Source: Schizochytrium sp. TIO01
Taxonomy: Eukaryota; Protista; Bigyra: Labyrinthulomycetes
DNA: 64,000 bases
Direction: 5' to 3'
Assembly (NCBI GenBank): GCA_004764695.1
Contig: SMSO01000037.1
Span: 3,324,747-3,388,746 of the forward strand
Shown: one piece after another, positions 24,142-36,778 of the stretch
How positions within the stretch are numbered: position 1 is the first letter of the stretch
Layout: each line of letters begins with the position of its first letter
The notes under the pieces: generated by a model
What the model saw: the letters and a program-made list of their open reading frames with translations, nothing else
Told to the model about the DNA's origin: nothing
Databases searched by the model: none
Made by a program: the position numbers and the translations under genes

Positions 24142-24181
24142 GAGCAAACAATCAATCGAGCAAACAACCGAGCAAACAAGC
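24111..24181. repeat. (CAAT)n / CGAGCAAACAA compound microsatellite
   Basis: caatcaatcaat... followed by cgagcaaacaa variants. Confidence 0.85.
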
Positions 24182-24316
24182 AGTTATAAATCAATATCTG
24201 TGGGCTCCGGAACCTATAACTAACCCTGTTTCTCGAGTCTGAGCGAGTTTGCTCGTAGGTTTCCCGTGAAACCGCTTTAGGGCGCCGGTTACACTCGGTT
24301 TCATTTCACGCGCAGC

Positions 24317-24386
24317 TATCTATCTATATCTATCTATCTATCTATCTATATATCTATCTATCTATCTATCTATCTATGTATCTATC
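24317..24386. repeat. (TATC)n microsatellite
   Basis: tatctatctatatctatc... Confidence 0.9.
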
Positions 24387-25023
24387 AATTCAGTCTTTTT
24401 GTAATAGTCTTCTTTTCGGATATACTTGCCAGTTAAGAATACTCAAAAAGAGTTACAAAAGAGAAACTCCTGCGGGAAAGTCAAAGTAAAAGATAAAGGA
24501 ATTTTTAGTTTGTATCCTTTACTCTCTTTACTATACTTAAACTTAATTACTGCTCCGTTTTACCTATTTTAAAGATTTCTACCTTTTATAAATATTTATT
24601 TATTTGTTTATAATGAACTTGTCCAAACTTTATAAGACTATTGTTCAAGAAAGAACAGTCAAATCTATTCGGGTCTTCGGGTTTTTGGTCCCGGGGGGGC
24701 TTGAAGCCTGCTACACCAAGAAGAAGCTTTCAAGAAATGTCCAATTGACTGACGACACGATGGCTGGATACTGAGGAATGCTTCCTTCTCAAATAGCTTC
24801 AAGGACCACGCCTAATTTGTTAATCTAAAGACATCGCAATGGCTATAAATAACTCAATGCACAATGTATTTCGTCTCGAGACTTAGGGCAAGCAAGCCCC
24901 GTATCGCCCTCGTGAACTGCCGCGTTAATTAAGATCTCAACTTGTAGTGAAACTGCGCAGCTCTGACTGTACGATGCCGTTGTCTTTCATGTAGAACGCG
25001 ACGTGCTTGTTTCCAAGGGCCTG

Positions 25024-25073
25024 CATTCATTCATCATTCATCATTCATCATTCATTCATTCATTCATTCATCC
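25024..25073. repeat. (CATT)n / (CATTCAT)n microsatellite
   Basis: cattcattcatcattcatcattc... Confidence 0.9.
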
Positions 25074-25899
25074 ATGTATGATTCGTGTAACACTATTCAC
25101 TGCCTATACGGTAGTGCACTAGGCTTTGGAGAAACTCGCCGCTCGGGACCACGCAGGGTCTACTTATCCGCGGGACCGTCTTCAGGGCCCATCGCCGGCA
25201 GCGCTTCCGGGCGCGTACGCAGCTCCGTGTGCAGGCGGGTGTCCACGCAAGGCAGCAGGCAAGGCGCCAGACCTCCAGGCCCGCCACGACCCGCTTCGGA
25301 GACAGTCAGACAGACCTCAGGCGATCTCAGAGGCCATCGCTGGTCTACTTTTCGCAGAAGAGCTCCGGCGTTTTCCTTTTGAAGCGGGTGCGAGCCAGCC
25401 TCCTCGCTCTAGGAGCCAACGCGTGAATGGCGAGCGAGCCTCCATCCTGAGTCTCCCCGCGAGCGCTGCGCGATTTGGCATTCCTGACGTCGAGACGGAC
25501 AGCGTTGAAGGTCCATTTGGCCAGAAAGAGATTCCCCATTCGAGGAGATTTCTTTGCAGAGCCGCCTTTTTAAAATTAAAACTAATTTTTTGTGTCTATT
25601 TTTTTTTTTACTGACTAAAACGTTTTAATTAAAGCAAATTAACATGTTGTAAATACTAATTGCATACCGTGACATATGGAAAGTTCGAGTCGATTTTTTT
25701 TCTTTCATTTAAAAACTAAAACAACTTGAACAAGATTTCATTTTTAAAAAAACAGTGCAAATAATGTTTTACAGCTGCTAGGCCCTCCTATGCTCTGTAG
25801 TAGTAGTAGACATTTAAAAAAAAAAAAAAAAAAAAAAAGGGGATAGAAATTGGGGAGAAGAACAGGATAAGAAAGGAGCGATACTTCGTAGTTTAGGGC

Positions 25900-27400
25900 A
25901 ATAGATATGCGACAGACGATGATCTTTTGGTGCTTCACGTCTCTTTGGGGATTCCACGAGATAGATCAATCAAAGCCGAATGCGGATATAATGGTATCTC
26001 GATACCAAAAAGCGACGAAACTCTGAATGAATGCGCTGTTGTGGTTCGTACGACTGATCTTTGTTTTGTGCTGATGGATGACCAACAAGTTTGCTTCGCT
26101 CCAAGGTCTGTATAAAATTGCTCCATGGCCAATTCGCTGTATAGCCACAATCTCCTTCGTGAACGATGTTGAAAGTCACCGGCAGACCTGAAAGAATCGA
26201 CGAACGAATCGATGAACGAAGTTGAAGAAGCGATCGACTTCGTGATGGTATTCGTGGCAAGAGCGCCTTGAGCAAAACGAGCATATCCAGCTCGACCTGG
26301 AGCCAAACACCACGTACCCGGGCATGGCCACGGCTGTTGTTGCTGGTCTGGGATCAGAACGAAGTCCTGAACTGAGAAAGCCGCCTGGAACTCTCTGTCT
26401 AAGCGTGCATTCCTGCTGTGCATTCGAGCTGTGCATTCGAGCTGTGCATGCATTCGTGCAAATGTCTCGGCAAACTTCGCTCCAAGACCTTCTCCTGCCG
26501 ATGATGTCGTGGCCGAGGGTATTCATGCTTCGCCAACATTAACGCAGTGCCGATGAGGTTTCCGGAGCTGCGAAATCGGGCATCGTCGAAGACGAAGCCT
26601 CCACGCACCTCGTGGCACTTGCCACGCTCCCGAACGGGTTCCCCAGAGCTCTAGTTCTCGCGTTTGTGACCAAGAAAGGCCAACAGGGCCCCTAAAACCT
26701 CGAGCTCGCGTGAGTTTGCGATCGCGGAGCTCGCCTTCAAGTTGCCATTGTCCCTGATTTGCACAGCCTCGGCATGAAGTTGGCCACGGCATGGACGCAA
26801 TCTTCGGATGCTCTTCAAGTTCGTGCCCACTGATGTCTTGCAGAAACCTGAACGAGCGTTTACCCTCTTTGGTCGGTGCCACGATGGTAGTCTTGGACGA
26901 GAAGGCCTTCTTCGACGGGCATTTTATTGGAGGATCCCGAAGCAAAAGCTCGTCTGCTGACCTCGGTACGTCATGAGCTTGGCGTGAACCTTGCAGGCTC
27001 TGGCGACTTGGCGAGTTTATCTGACAGTGGTTCTTTGTGCCGCCAATTTGATGTTGGCGTCTTTAAAGATGTTCACGCGATCGCGTGTGTTGGCGTCTTG
27101 GTTTAGGGATCAGGGGAGGCGTGATGCGGTTGTCCAAGATGTTCAAGCTGGTTGTTCTTTGCGTGCTTTTAGCTCGAATAGAGACGATGGCAATGAAGAC
27201 TTTGCTCGCGTATTTCGGCTTTGGAGTGACCTGAAGAATTCCTTCAAGGGTTGATTTTACCTGCTGCTAGTTCGTTTGTCTTGCATGTAAAGCTGCGTAG
27301 TTTAGTGGCTCATCCTTCTTCTTCTCCTCGTCGATACTGATTGCTTACGACGTCGCCTCTTTGGGCCAAACCTCGGGTGTCGATGTGCTGTGGACAGCAA
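25900..27400 (-). pseudogene. Decayed coding-like segment of unidentified family
   Basis: Higher-GC block with a chain of overlapping 70-170 aa minus-strand ORFs in shifting frames and an internal 13-bp repeat (TGTGCATTCGAGC). No family recognised. Confidence 0.35.
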
Positions 27401-27414
27401 CTTGAGTTGAATTT

Positions 27415-27485
27415 AACAAAGTTGAACAAAGTTGAACAAAGTTAAACAAAGTTGAACAAAGTTGTAGAAAGTTGTAGAAAGTTGT
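27415..27485. repeat. 10-bp tandem repeat AAAGTTGAAC / AAAGTTGTAG
   Basis: About 7 consecutive copies. Confidence 0.85.
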
Positions 27486-29449
27486 ATCGAGTTAAGTCGA
27501 GTTGACTTGGAATGAAGTTAAATCAAGTTGAATAAAGCTGAGTTGAGTTGCCTTAACTTGAGATAAGTTAACACCATTTCCCTTTGGAGCAGAGACCTTC
27601 TTCGTTAAAAAGACAGGAAAGCAATCTAAACTTCCCCGCTTGACTCTATGCAGCAGCAGATAATTTGACTATTCGCCAAATGCTGCAACGCTCGGTAAGT
27701 CTAGATCAAACTATTCAAAGCATCTGTGGTGTCTCAGAGAGTAGCTCGCAACCGAATAAAAGCAAGACGGGTTAACTTTGATCTTGTTATGGAAATATGG
27801 AAATAACCAACTTCCTAGCTGTTCCGAACGCCTCTGAACGAGCTGCGTTTGCTTGAATTAAAATTGGTATTTACGGTCGGCCCTCAAATTGCAAATAGTT
27901 CTAAGCGGGAACAAAGCTGCCGCAGATTACCATATACAAAAACCGAGACGAAGAAGGTTTCAATGATCATCCGATGATCGATGATCCGATCCATTTATCA
28001 AAAAAGGCAAACCACTACATTTTGCAAATGACTTCTTTATCTTCATCTTTACCTTTTCTTTTCTTTTCAAGATCATCAATGAATGTGTAAATGTGTGCAT
28101 CGTGGCGTCCTTCAGCTTCGTTCATTCTCAAACAAATTAGGGAAGTGAAGTTCTTCCATGCGGATAACATGACCTATAAACTTAGCTAGAGAGTGCTCTT
28201 AGCCAGGGACATCTCTACGAAACGAGTTGCTCATTGTTGGAGTCTCTCCAAAACACATCAATACACAAATACACAACTCTATGTGAGAGTGAGAAAGAAA
28301 GCCTTCACGCTCATGTTCTTTTTATTTTTAGATGTTTATCTTAATAAATAAAAGATAAGAGATAAAAAAGACGTATTCTTTCATTTAAAAAAATAAATAA
28401 AATATATATATATTTGTATGAAGGCCTCCACATATCCTCATAATTAGAAACAACAAAAGCAAGACAATCAAAAGGCGGAGACATTGACTTCTCTCATCGT
28501 CTTTCTTTCTCCTTCTTTCTCCTTCTTTCCCCTTCGAGTTCCTGGAAACTGAGCATAAAAAGAAAAAAGAAAAAAGAAATTATAATAAAAAGAATCAGTG
28601 AGAATCAATAAATCAATAAATCAATTCCTCAACGAGTGAGCAATCGATGGGGACCACGGCTCCCGCCACGATCGACTGACTCCGGGCGCCGCCGCTCTGC
28701 CTGGCGTCGCTTTCATCGACGGCGGAGGGTCCGGCGCCTTCCCTGAGCTCCCCCGTGGCCCGCGTTTGTTCGCGTGCACAGCGGAAGGGAGGCAGACTCG
28801 CGCGGGAGTGGAATCGGCGACTCCAGGAGACCTGAGGTTTCTTTCCTCCTCCTCCTTCATTCTCCAACTAAATAAACATCCATTTTTTATTATTTAATTT
28901 ATCAATTATGTTATCCAACAAATAATTTCAATCTCTGTCATTTATTCTTTTACTGCTTCTTTCAATTTTTATAAATTGATGTTACATTCGTCTATTTCAA
29001 TGTGCTTTATTTCTTTGCGTAGTTCTGAGCTTATTCCTATGAAAAGGCACCCGCAAGCAAGAATAGATAAATAAAGCAGATCCATCTGCGTGGAAGTACT
29101 GCATACTCAGAGACTTACCTGCATAGCTGGCACGTACCATCACGGCCAAGGTTGGACGAGTCCTTGTTTTACCTTTCTTGGCACGCATTCATTCATTATT
29201 CTCGTGACGTATCGAATCAACTGCAATCAATCAAAATAGCTCCTTCTTTCTTGTCTTACGTACGTAACCTACGAGTAACCGACTTTCCGACTTTGCATAC
29301 ACATAGTTTTAATGTTGAAGAGATAGTCACTCACAAATGAAAGATTCGGCCTATCAGAGCTAACTGACTGCTAGCAGTTTCACCTTTTTCTTTTTCCTTT
29401 CTTTTAAATTGAAAAGGGGGAAGAGCCAACAAATCGTAAGTATCTTGGA

Positions 29450-29454
<5 letters not shown>

Positions 29455-29492
<38 letters not shown>
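29455..29492. repeat. poly(T) tract
   Basis: ~38 consecutive T. Confidence 0.9.
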
Positions 29493-30220
29493 CCTAGGAA
29501 GAAAGGAGGAGAAGGAAGAAGAAGGAGGTCTACTGTATTTTATTTATTTTATTTTAATACAGATTGATACGGTACTTCGTGTTGGTATTTTATTGTTCGC
29601 GGCGTCCGGAATGGAAAGCCGTCTTCCCCCGTGTTTGCTGCTGTGAGTTACATACGAATGTTATGTGGAGGACCCTCTCAGGAAGGCGAGGAAAAGCAAT
29701 AGGAAATGCGTGTTTGGAGTAAAGTACTAAAATGTTTATATCTTTGTTTGTTTGTTTATTTATTTTGTGTTTATTTCAATCAATCAAGTTGATATTTATT
29801 TTCATCAAGGTAGTTGAAAGCATCTCCAAGAAGCTTGCTGGCTAGTGCTTCTTCAAAGCCGGAGTTGCCAGCGACAGACTGTGCTTAGGTAGAAGAAGCC
29901 ACAGGCGCTTTGTGCTTCAACGTCGCTCGCTCTGGCGATGTATGGCGTGATCACTCACTCACTCATTGTATGTAAGAGACAAATCCGAATCCTGTTTTCG
30001 GTGCTTTTTTTGGCTTCCTTTTTTGGTTTTATTTTTTATTTCCAAGGTGAAGCGGCATCTTAAAGCACTAAGTACCTCGAAAAGGCACAGAAAACTCGAA
30101 AGCAGCTTTGTTTGTCCATTTGGTTTGCGAGAACTGAGACCTACAGAGACATCGATGTCCCTTATCAGAGCACAAACAGTTTGGCCAACTTGCAAAAGAG
30201 AAGAGACGAAGTTCGAGCTC

Positions 30221-30276
30221 TTCTTTTGGTTTTTATTCTTTTGGTTTTCATTCTTTTGGTTTTCATTCTTTTGGTT
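30221..30276. repeat. 15-bp tandem repeat TTCTTTTGGTTTTCA
   Basis: About 4 copies. Confidence 0.8.
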
Positions 30277-31019
30277 TATCTATTCTTTGGGTTGATCCTT
30301 TCGGTTTTCCGAGCAGCCATTTGCAGAACCTGGATTCGTGAAACCCAACGAAATACAAACAGTCGTAGACCAGCTTCAAGAGCTCGACCAGATCGCCTAC
30401 GATCAACGCATCGAGCTCAGCCGATGTACATCGACGATGCGTATCACTCCCTCTAAATCAGCTCCGTTGCTTATCAGCTAGCTCACATTGAATTTGACGC
30501 CGGCATTTGCAAAAGCTTGTCATCATCCTGAGCGCGCCTGCTTCAACCAAAGCTCAGTGCATTTGTCCATCCCTCCGTCTCCAGTCTTCCTCAGATCGCA
30601 GCGCCTGTCGCCAACTCAGTTCGTGCGACTCCAATTCGCATTGCACAACTCTGCATTGTAAAACTCGAGATCACGCCATATTGTATACAATCTCTGATGC
30701 TCAGCTGTGCCATTTATTGACCGTGAAGGAGGAAGAACAGTATACTAATAAGGGCAAAGAGAGCGGGCGAGCGACCTGGTGACCGGACCTCTGCTCTGCT
30801 CTGCTCTGCATGCCGCTGCGAAGGCGGGAAGGATGCTCCAGGGCTGAGGAGGAGAGCGAGGACGGCAGGGCGTGCAGCCTGCCTTGCTGCGGGCTCTCTC
30901 TGGCAAGGTCTCCGGCTTGTGCGAGAGGAGATCGACAGGGCCGTGTGACTTGAAGCTGTTCTGTGTTGGTGCACTCAATCGCTCTCTTTCTCTTCTTTCT
31001 TCTTCTTTCGCCCTCAGTT

Positions 31020-31200
31020 ATTCATAGTCATTCATTTTTATTTATTTATTCATTCATTCATTCATTCATTCATTCATTCATTCATTTTATTCATTCATTC
31101 ATTCATTCATTTTTATTTATTCATTCATTCATTCATTTTAATTCATATTCATTCATATTCATTCATTTTTATTCATTCACTCATGGTCATTCAGTCATTC
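31020..31200. repeat. Long degenerate (ATTC)n microsatellite
   Basis: attcattcattc... over ~180 bp. Confidence 0.9.
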
Positions 31201-32532
31201 CTGTGAACGATTTATGAGATAAGTGGAGTTTTTACGATTCTGTGCGGAATTCTTTCTTTGACTGATTGTCGGTTCGTTATTATGGGCATTCATTCACTCA
31301 AAGAGGACATTGAGAAGGAATTGGGCAGAAACAGAAACGCTTTCGAAGCGTGTGTCGGAGCACAGATAACAGAGGTTACAAGAGTTACACAGGAACTCTG
31401 AGAGGGAAGGCATCGCATCGCGTCGTGTTAGCTTTGCTTTGATGGTTGCTCTGCTCCCAGAGGAGGAAGATGCGAGAGATAGCAGATAACTAAGGATTGC
31501 ATGCTGCAAAAGAGAGAAATGGAATTGATTTCTCGCTCATTCAAGCACTGCAATTTTGCTCTGGCCTACTAGTAGTGCCTATACGCCTGCCTAGCATCAG
31601 CGGGCTGGGTTGGAATAGGGTAAAACTAAAAACTCCGCTCCTAGCAGGTACGCCTAGCGATTGTCCTAGCAGGTGGCGAAACTAATTTTATTTAACTAAA
31701 AAAATGAATCAAAGTATGTCTGGAAAATAAAAAGTAAAGAATAAATTAATTTGCAAAATGTTTTATTTTGTTATGTTTTGTTTTGTTTGTTTAGTTTTTT
31801 TTTGGATTAGAATTAAAAAGAAAGGACTATTGTTTAACTATAAAAGAAACACCAATAATGATGTCGAAAAAATTGGCTTTTGAGTTGTTGATAAATTGAT
31901 TCACTCATTCACATTCATTGATTGCTTTGGCTTTCGCTGTGGCTTGCGTGCTCTCGCTTGCAAAGAAGCCAACGCTTCGAGGAGCGCGACAGACCACGGC
32001 GGAGCCTGGAGGACCCGCGGGGCAGACCACGAAGAGGCAAAGGGGGACTGGCGCGCGACTGCACACGTCGGCCACGACTCTCAGGTCGCGCGAAGGAGCG
32101 AGGAGATTAACTTTTTTCACTGTGGCAGCAGCAGGCCATCTCGGCGAGCACGGCGAGCACAACGACCGAAGTCCACGCGTGAAGATCTGCAAGGGCTGGC
32201 GGCAATAGGAAAATAACTGCTTATAACTCGCGGGTGTATAGCTTTTGAGGTCGAAGCGGAGGTTTTTCTGCAGAATTTCACTGCTGTGTAAACGACATCG
32301 CAGAAGAAGAGGACTCTATTTTCACAGTGGACACCTCTGCAACCTGCAAAGCATCCGGGTTTGAAAGCTTTGGCGATTTCTCGCGCGGCCAGGAAGCTAA
32401 TCCAGCACTGTTTTTTGACTGCTATATTTCAAGGTATTCTTAAAGGCAGTTTGACGGCGTTGCCCGTGAGATCTGAGAGCTGGGACAAGTCCGTATATAT
32501 ATTATTTTAGAAAACAAGAAGCTCTTCACAAG

Positions 32533-33876
32533 ATGCCGCTTCGTATCAACTTAAACTGGTGCCGTGGAGGCGCTGAGCGGCGCAATAATAGTCGCAACGA
32601 CGGCATGGCTAACCAGCTCAACAGGAACCAAAGAAACCAGCAGCAACAGTCATCTAGCACGCAGGACCAAATCAAGCACATGCGCGAGTTGGAGAACTGC
32701 TACCAAGTGGACTGGTCCAAGGAGGGGTTTCTGGGAAAGGGCTACTTTGCAGAGGTGTACCGTGCTCGGGACATTCGCAACGGAAGGCAAGTTGCTGTTA
32801 AACGAATTTCAAGACACAATCAAGACGTCAAGGCCCTCAGAACGGAGATTGAAGCTCTCTTACGTGTACAAGGGCACCCAAATATTGTGAGCTTGTATGA
32901 CGTCTTCATTGACGAAAACGCAGTGATTTTAGCAATGGAGCTGCTTGAAGGAGGTGAGCTTTTCTCGCGAATTGTAAGCCACGGCGGGTATTCTGAGCGC
33001 GACGCTTCTAGGCACTTTGCAAAAATCACACAGGCCCTACTGTTTATGCACAGCCACGGTATTGTTCACCGCGACCTGAAGCCAGAGAACCTCGTCCTGG
33101 CAACAAAAGACCCGGATAGTGAGATCAAAATCTCCGACTTTGGTCTCTCCAAGGTTCTTGATCAGGGCAGCAACGTCATGTATACTGTTTGCGGTACTAG
33201 CGCGTATGCAGCTCCCGAGGTAGGCATCAACCAAAACTATGACAACCGTTGCGACAGTTGGTCTCTTGGTGTTATCCTCTATGTGATTTTGGCCTCCTAC
33301 CACCCGTTTGATCCCTATGGTCGCCTCGATGACATGGGCTTGCGACAGGCAGTATGCTCTTTCAAGTGGGACTTCAACGACAGGGTATGGGCAAATATGA
33401 GCGATAAAGTTAAGGACTTGATTGGCAAACTTTTATGTCCTGTGGATATGCGTCTGTCCATGCAACAGATTCTGGAGCACCCATGGATAAAGGCATACGA
33501 GGAGCTTCCGCAACAGCCCTTGTCTCAGCTTTCCTCCCGAACCTTGCATGCATTTATGTCTAGCAACATGCAAGGCGTGGATCACCCTGATTGCATTGAT
33601 GAAGAGGACGTGGATATGCTCTCGAGTAATGCAGACCTCGAACCAATCCCCTATGAGAATGGGCACATGGCCCAAAACGGCACTATCCCTCATACAGATA
33701 CTATCCAAATGACTTCGGATGCGACTTCACAACAACAGCAAAGGCAAATGCAGCAACAGCCTCAGCAAGAGCAGCAGGGTGGCTCCCCACAGATGACCAT
33801 GACCACACCACTAGACAATACAACGGTAGGAAAACAGCAGTCACATGAACCCTCGATGGTTATGACCTCTAGCTAG
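32533..33876 (+). CDS. CAMK-group (CaMKI-like) Ser/Thr protein kinase
   Basis: LGKGYFAEV, VAVK, HPNIV, GGELF, HRDLKPEN, DFG, CGTSAYAAPE, DSWSLGVILY, HPWI, and a Q-rich tail. Confidence 0.95.
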   Translation: MPLRINLNWCRGGAERRNNSRNDGMANQLNRNQRNQQQQSSSTQDQIKHMRELENCYQVDWSKEGFLGKGYFAEVYRARDIRNGRQVAVKRISRHNQDVKALRTEIEALLRVQGHPNIVSLYDVFIDENAVILAMELLEGGELFSRIVSHGGYSERDASRHFAKITQALLFMHSHGIVHRDLKPENLVLATKDPDSEIKISDFGLSKVLDQGSNVMYTVCGTSAYAAPEVGINQNYDNRCDSWSLGVILYVILASYHPFDPYGRLDDMGLRQAVCSFKWDFNDRVWANMSDKVKDLIGKLLCPVDMRLSMQQILEHPWIKAYEELPQQPLSQLSSRTLHAFMSSNMQGVDHPDCIDEEDVDMLSSNADLEPIPYENGHMAQNGTIPHTDTIQMTSDATSQQQQRQMQQQPQQEQQGGSPQMTMTTPLDNTTVGKQQSHEPSMVMTSS

Positions 33877-35061
33877 CGTGATTCTTACTTTAGCTAGCTA
33901 GCCGGTTAGCTGTCCAGCCGCTGTTCTCACTATCTCATCTCTAGAATTGTGCGTGTAAATATTCCATGGACACGCGCAATATCCATATATACATTCAAAC
34001 CCACCCACCCACACATACATACAAACAACGTTGTTCGTCCCACCGTACCCTGGTATATTCATCCTTTCGAATCATTATGTTCCCTCATCACTTTATCCTG
34101 CTTTTTTTGTGTGTGAATATATCACCTCAATTGACGATTGCCAAATTCCATATATATATCCACCTACACTGTACTTGAACTTAGTTCGCTGCTCTAATTG
34201 CAGGCTTACATTCAGTTTCCAACCCTGGCTCCGTCCCGCCCTTCTGCCGGCCATTTATAGCAGAACTGCAGAAGATCATTCCGTATACACTGGCGCGACT
34301 ATTTGCTGACTTGACTCTACAGCTCACTCATCACTTGATATCCCCTCAAGCCTTTTTTATCTCGTTTCAGAATTAAGAGTGCACGTATCATTGGCATTTT
34401 TAAGCGGCGGCTTCTTCCCTGTTTACGAAGGATTCCCACAACTGTTAGTGCTACATGGTGCTAGAGGGATAATGATGATGATCTTCTCGAAGTCTCGGAC
34501 AGAAAATATCACCAGCATATTGCTGTCCGCTGACCCACAAGCACAGGAAATACTCACGAACGGACAGGCCTTGGGAATCAAGTCTCCACATTGAACCAAA
34601 CAGCCTTGGAGACAACATACACTGCTTCTCCACAAACAAGGTGTGGCCAGGCAGAGCAAAATGTAACGCAGAATGCAATGCAAAATGCAATGCAAAATGT
34701 AATGCAAGAAATGAGGAGAAAAGAAAGAAAAGAAAAGAAAAGTTTCTCTAAATAAGAGATACCTAGAAAATCCTAAGGAAACTAATCCCTTCTCAAAACT
34801 CCGCACTTGCCTGCCGTCGCTACAGTGAAGTATACAGGGTCCTTTATAGTCGGTTATATTTATAAGTTAGTTTAACCTTGAGTTTGCAAGTGCACAAAAT
34901 GAAATGCAGCAAAACTTAGCTCGTACTTACTAGAGAGTTTACAATTCATGTGGACAAGGCAATCAATGTGAGAAGGAAGTAGCAGTAGATCTTCTTCTCC
35001 GTACAGACAAACCCTCAATTACTATCTCTTCGGCGCTCAGTTCCCGCCAGCTGATTTTACA

Positions 35062-36231
35062 ATGATGTTCCGTGCAGCCAGCAAGACTGTACGCCGTGTG
35101 GCGTCTCGCGGCGTTCAGTCCCGCGTGCCATCCCTTGGCGCTTCTACATCAACCCTCATGGCGCGCTCCGCAGCATCCTCCGTCATGAGCTCGCGCTCTG
35201 TTCTTCTCCGTGGCGGCGCTCCCGCGCTCTGTGAGTCTTTCTCTGGAGTCCGTTCCTTCTCCAGCGCTGCAGGTGACTCTCAATTTGTCTTCAACGTGGA
35301 CGAGGCCAGCTTTTCGACCAAGGTCATGCAGTCCAAGGTGCCTGTGATCTTGGACTGCCACGCCGAATGGTGCGGTCCTTGCAAGCAGCTCGATCCGATC
35401 TTGAAGAAGCTTGTGACCGGATACAAGGGCAAGATCGTTCTGGCCAAACTTAACACTGACGAGAACCCTCAGCTGGCCCAAGCTCTTCAGGTGAAGTCAC
35501 TTCCCACCGTGCTCGCCGTGTACCAAGGCAAGCTTGTCCACCATTTCGTTGGTGCTCAAAACGAGTCCCAAGTTAAAGAATTCCTCACGAACGTCGTGAA
35601 GATGACGGGCGCAGAGCAACCTTCGGATGCTGGAAACGCAATTGATTCCGCAGAAGGACTCATGGACCAGGCTGAGCAAGCTCTCGGACTCGGCAGCGTA
35701 AAGGATGAAGAGCTCATTCCTGTGCTCAAGCAGCTTGCGTCTGTCGAGCCCGATAAGGACGAAAAAGACCGCGAGGTCAAGGGCAGATATGCAAAGGTTC
35801 GTGCACGTGCTCTCGTTGGTCTTGGCGAACTTGCGCTCAAGAGCAATAACGTTGATGAGGCAAACGCTATTGTCGACTTGCTCAAGGCGGATTACAAGAA
35901 TATCTTGGATGAACCATTCGTGGCGTCTTTCGTCCGCTCCGTGCAGTTTGCAGCCTCTGCTAGCGATGTGAGCTCAGATGATATCAGTAACTACGAGGCC
36001 CGCCGATCCGAGCTGACCAGCGAGGAGCGCCTCCAGTTTGCTCAATCCCTTGTGTCTGTGAAGCGCTACGAAGATGCTCTCGAGGAAGCTCTTACACTCC
36101 TTAAGAAAGATCGCAACTTTCAGGACCAGGCAGCAAAGAAACTTCTGCTCGAAATCTTTGAACTTCTCGGACCCCAGAATGACCTGGTAAAGGCCGCCCG
36201 CCGCCGCATGGCCTCCATCCTCCTCGTTTAA
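35062..36231 (+). CDS. Thioredoxin + TPR chaperedoxin (CnoX/YbbN-like) with mitochondrial presequence
   Basis: The first ~65 aa are Arg/Ser/Ala-rich ending RSFSS. Then VMQSKVPVILDCHAEWCGPCKQLDP, and the YbbN-type C-terminus AAKKLLLEIFELLGPQNDLVKAARRRMASIL. Confidence 0.9.
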   Translation: MMFRAASKTVRRVASRGVQSRVPSLGASTSTLMARSAASSVMSSRSVLLRGGAPALCESFSGVRSFSSAAGDSQFVFNVDEASFSTKVMQSKVPVILDCHAEWCGPCKQLDPILKKLVTGYKGKIVLAKLNTDENPQLAQALQVKSLPTVLAVYQGKLVHHFVGAQNESQVKEFLTNVVKMTGAEQPSDAGNAIDSAEGLMDQAEQALGLGSVKDEELIPVLKQLASVEPDKDEKDREVKGRYAKVRARALVGLGELALKSNNVDEANAIVDLLKADYKNILDEPFVASFVRSVQFAASASDVSSDDISNYEARRSELTSEERLQFAQSLVSVKRYEDALEEALTLLKKDRNFQDQAAKKLLLEIFELLGPQNDLVKAARRRMASILLV

Positions 36232-36778
36232 ATAGTTTACATTTCACACTCACACAGATCCCCTTTCCTATTCTTTGCATTGCATCGGTTTGTTTTTTTC
36301 CATATGTTGAGGTCATGTTTTACTTTTAACTCCAAATAGCACTGATCACGAAAGTTATTCACTTTGCACCTGTGCCAGTGGTACTTGAACTCGGCGGGAT
36401 AAGATGCATGCGTACACAAACTGATTTGATGATTTCCCTCTTCTTAGTGAAATATATGAATTGAGAAGAAACTCACGTGATGATAATCAGTGAGTTCATT
36501 TCATATTTTTACAGCTATTAAAATACACATATATCAAATAAAATTACAGTTACATTTAAGTATTGAAGTAGCCAGGAGAAAGACTTTGGCTTCTCTTGGT
36601 CCCCATGTCTAAACCTGGAATGGTATAATTTTAATAGTGTAAAATTGCATCCCCAATTTTTTCTTTCAGAGCACTGCAGAGTTAACATATAAAAAAAGTA
36701 CAACTTCTTTAAAAGAGCAAATTCTCACTTGCAATGCCAATCCTACAGCGCAGCTTTATTAATGTTTACTCTCTAGAA

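Noticed and set aside
25816-25838. Poly(A) tract as a retroposon tail
   Set aside because: It has the wrong orientation for the adjacent minus-strand remnant. No TSD or RT motif was seen, and homopolymer tracts are common across the window.
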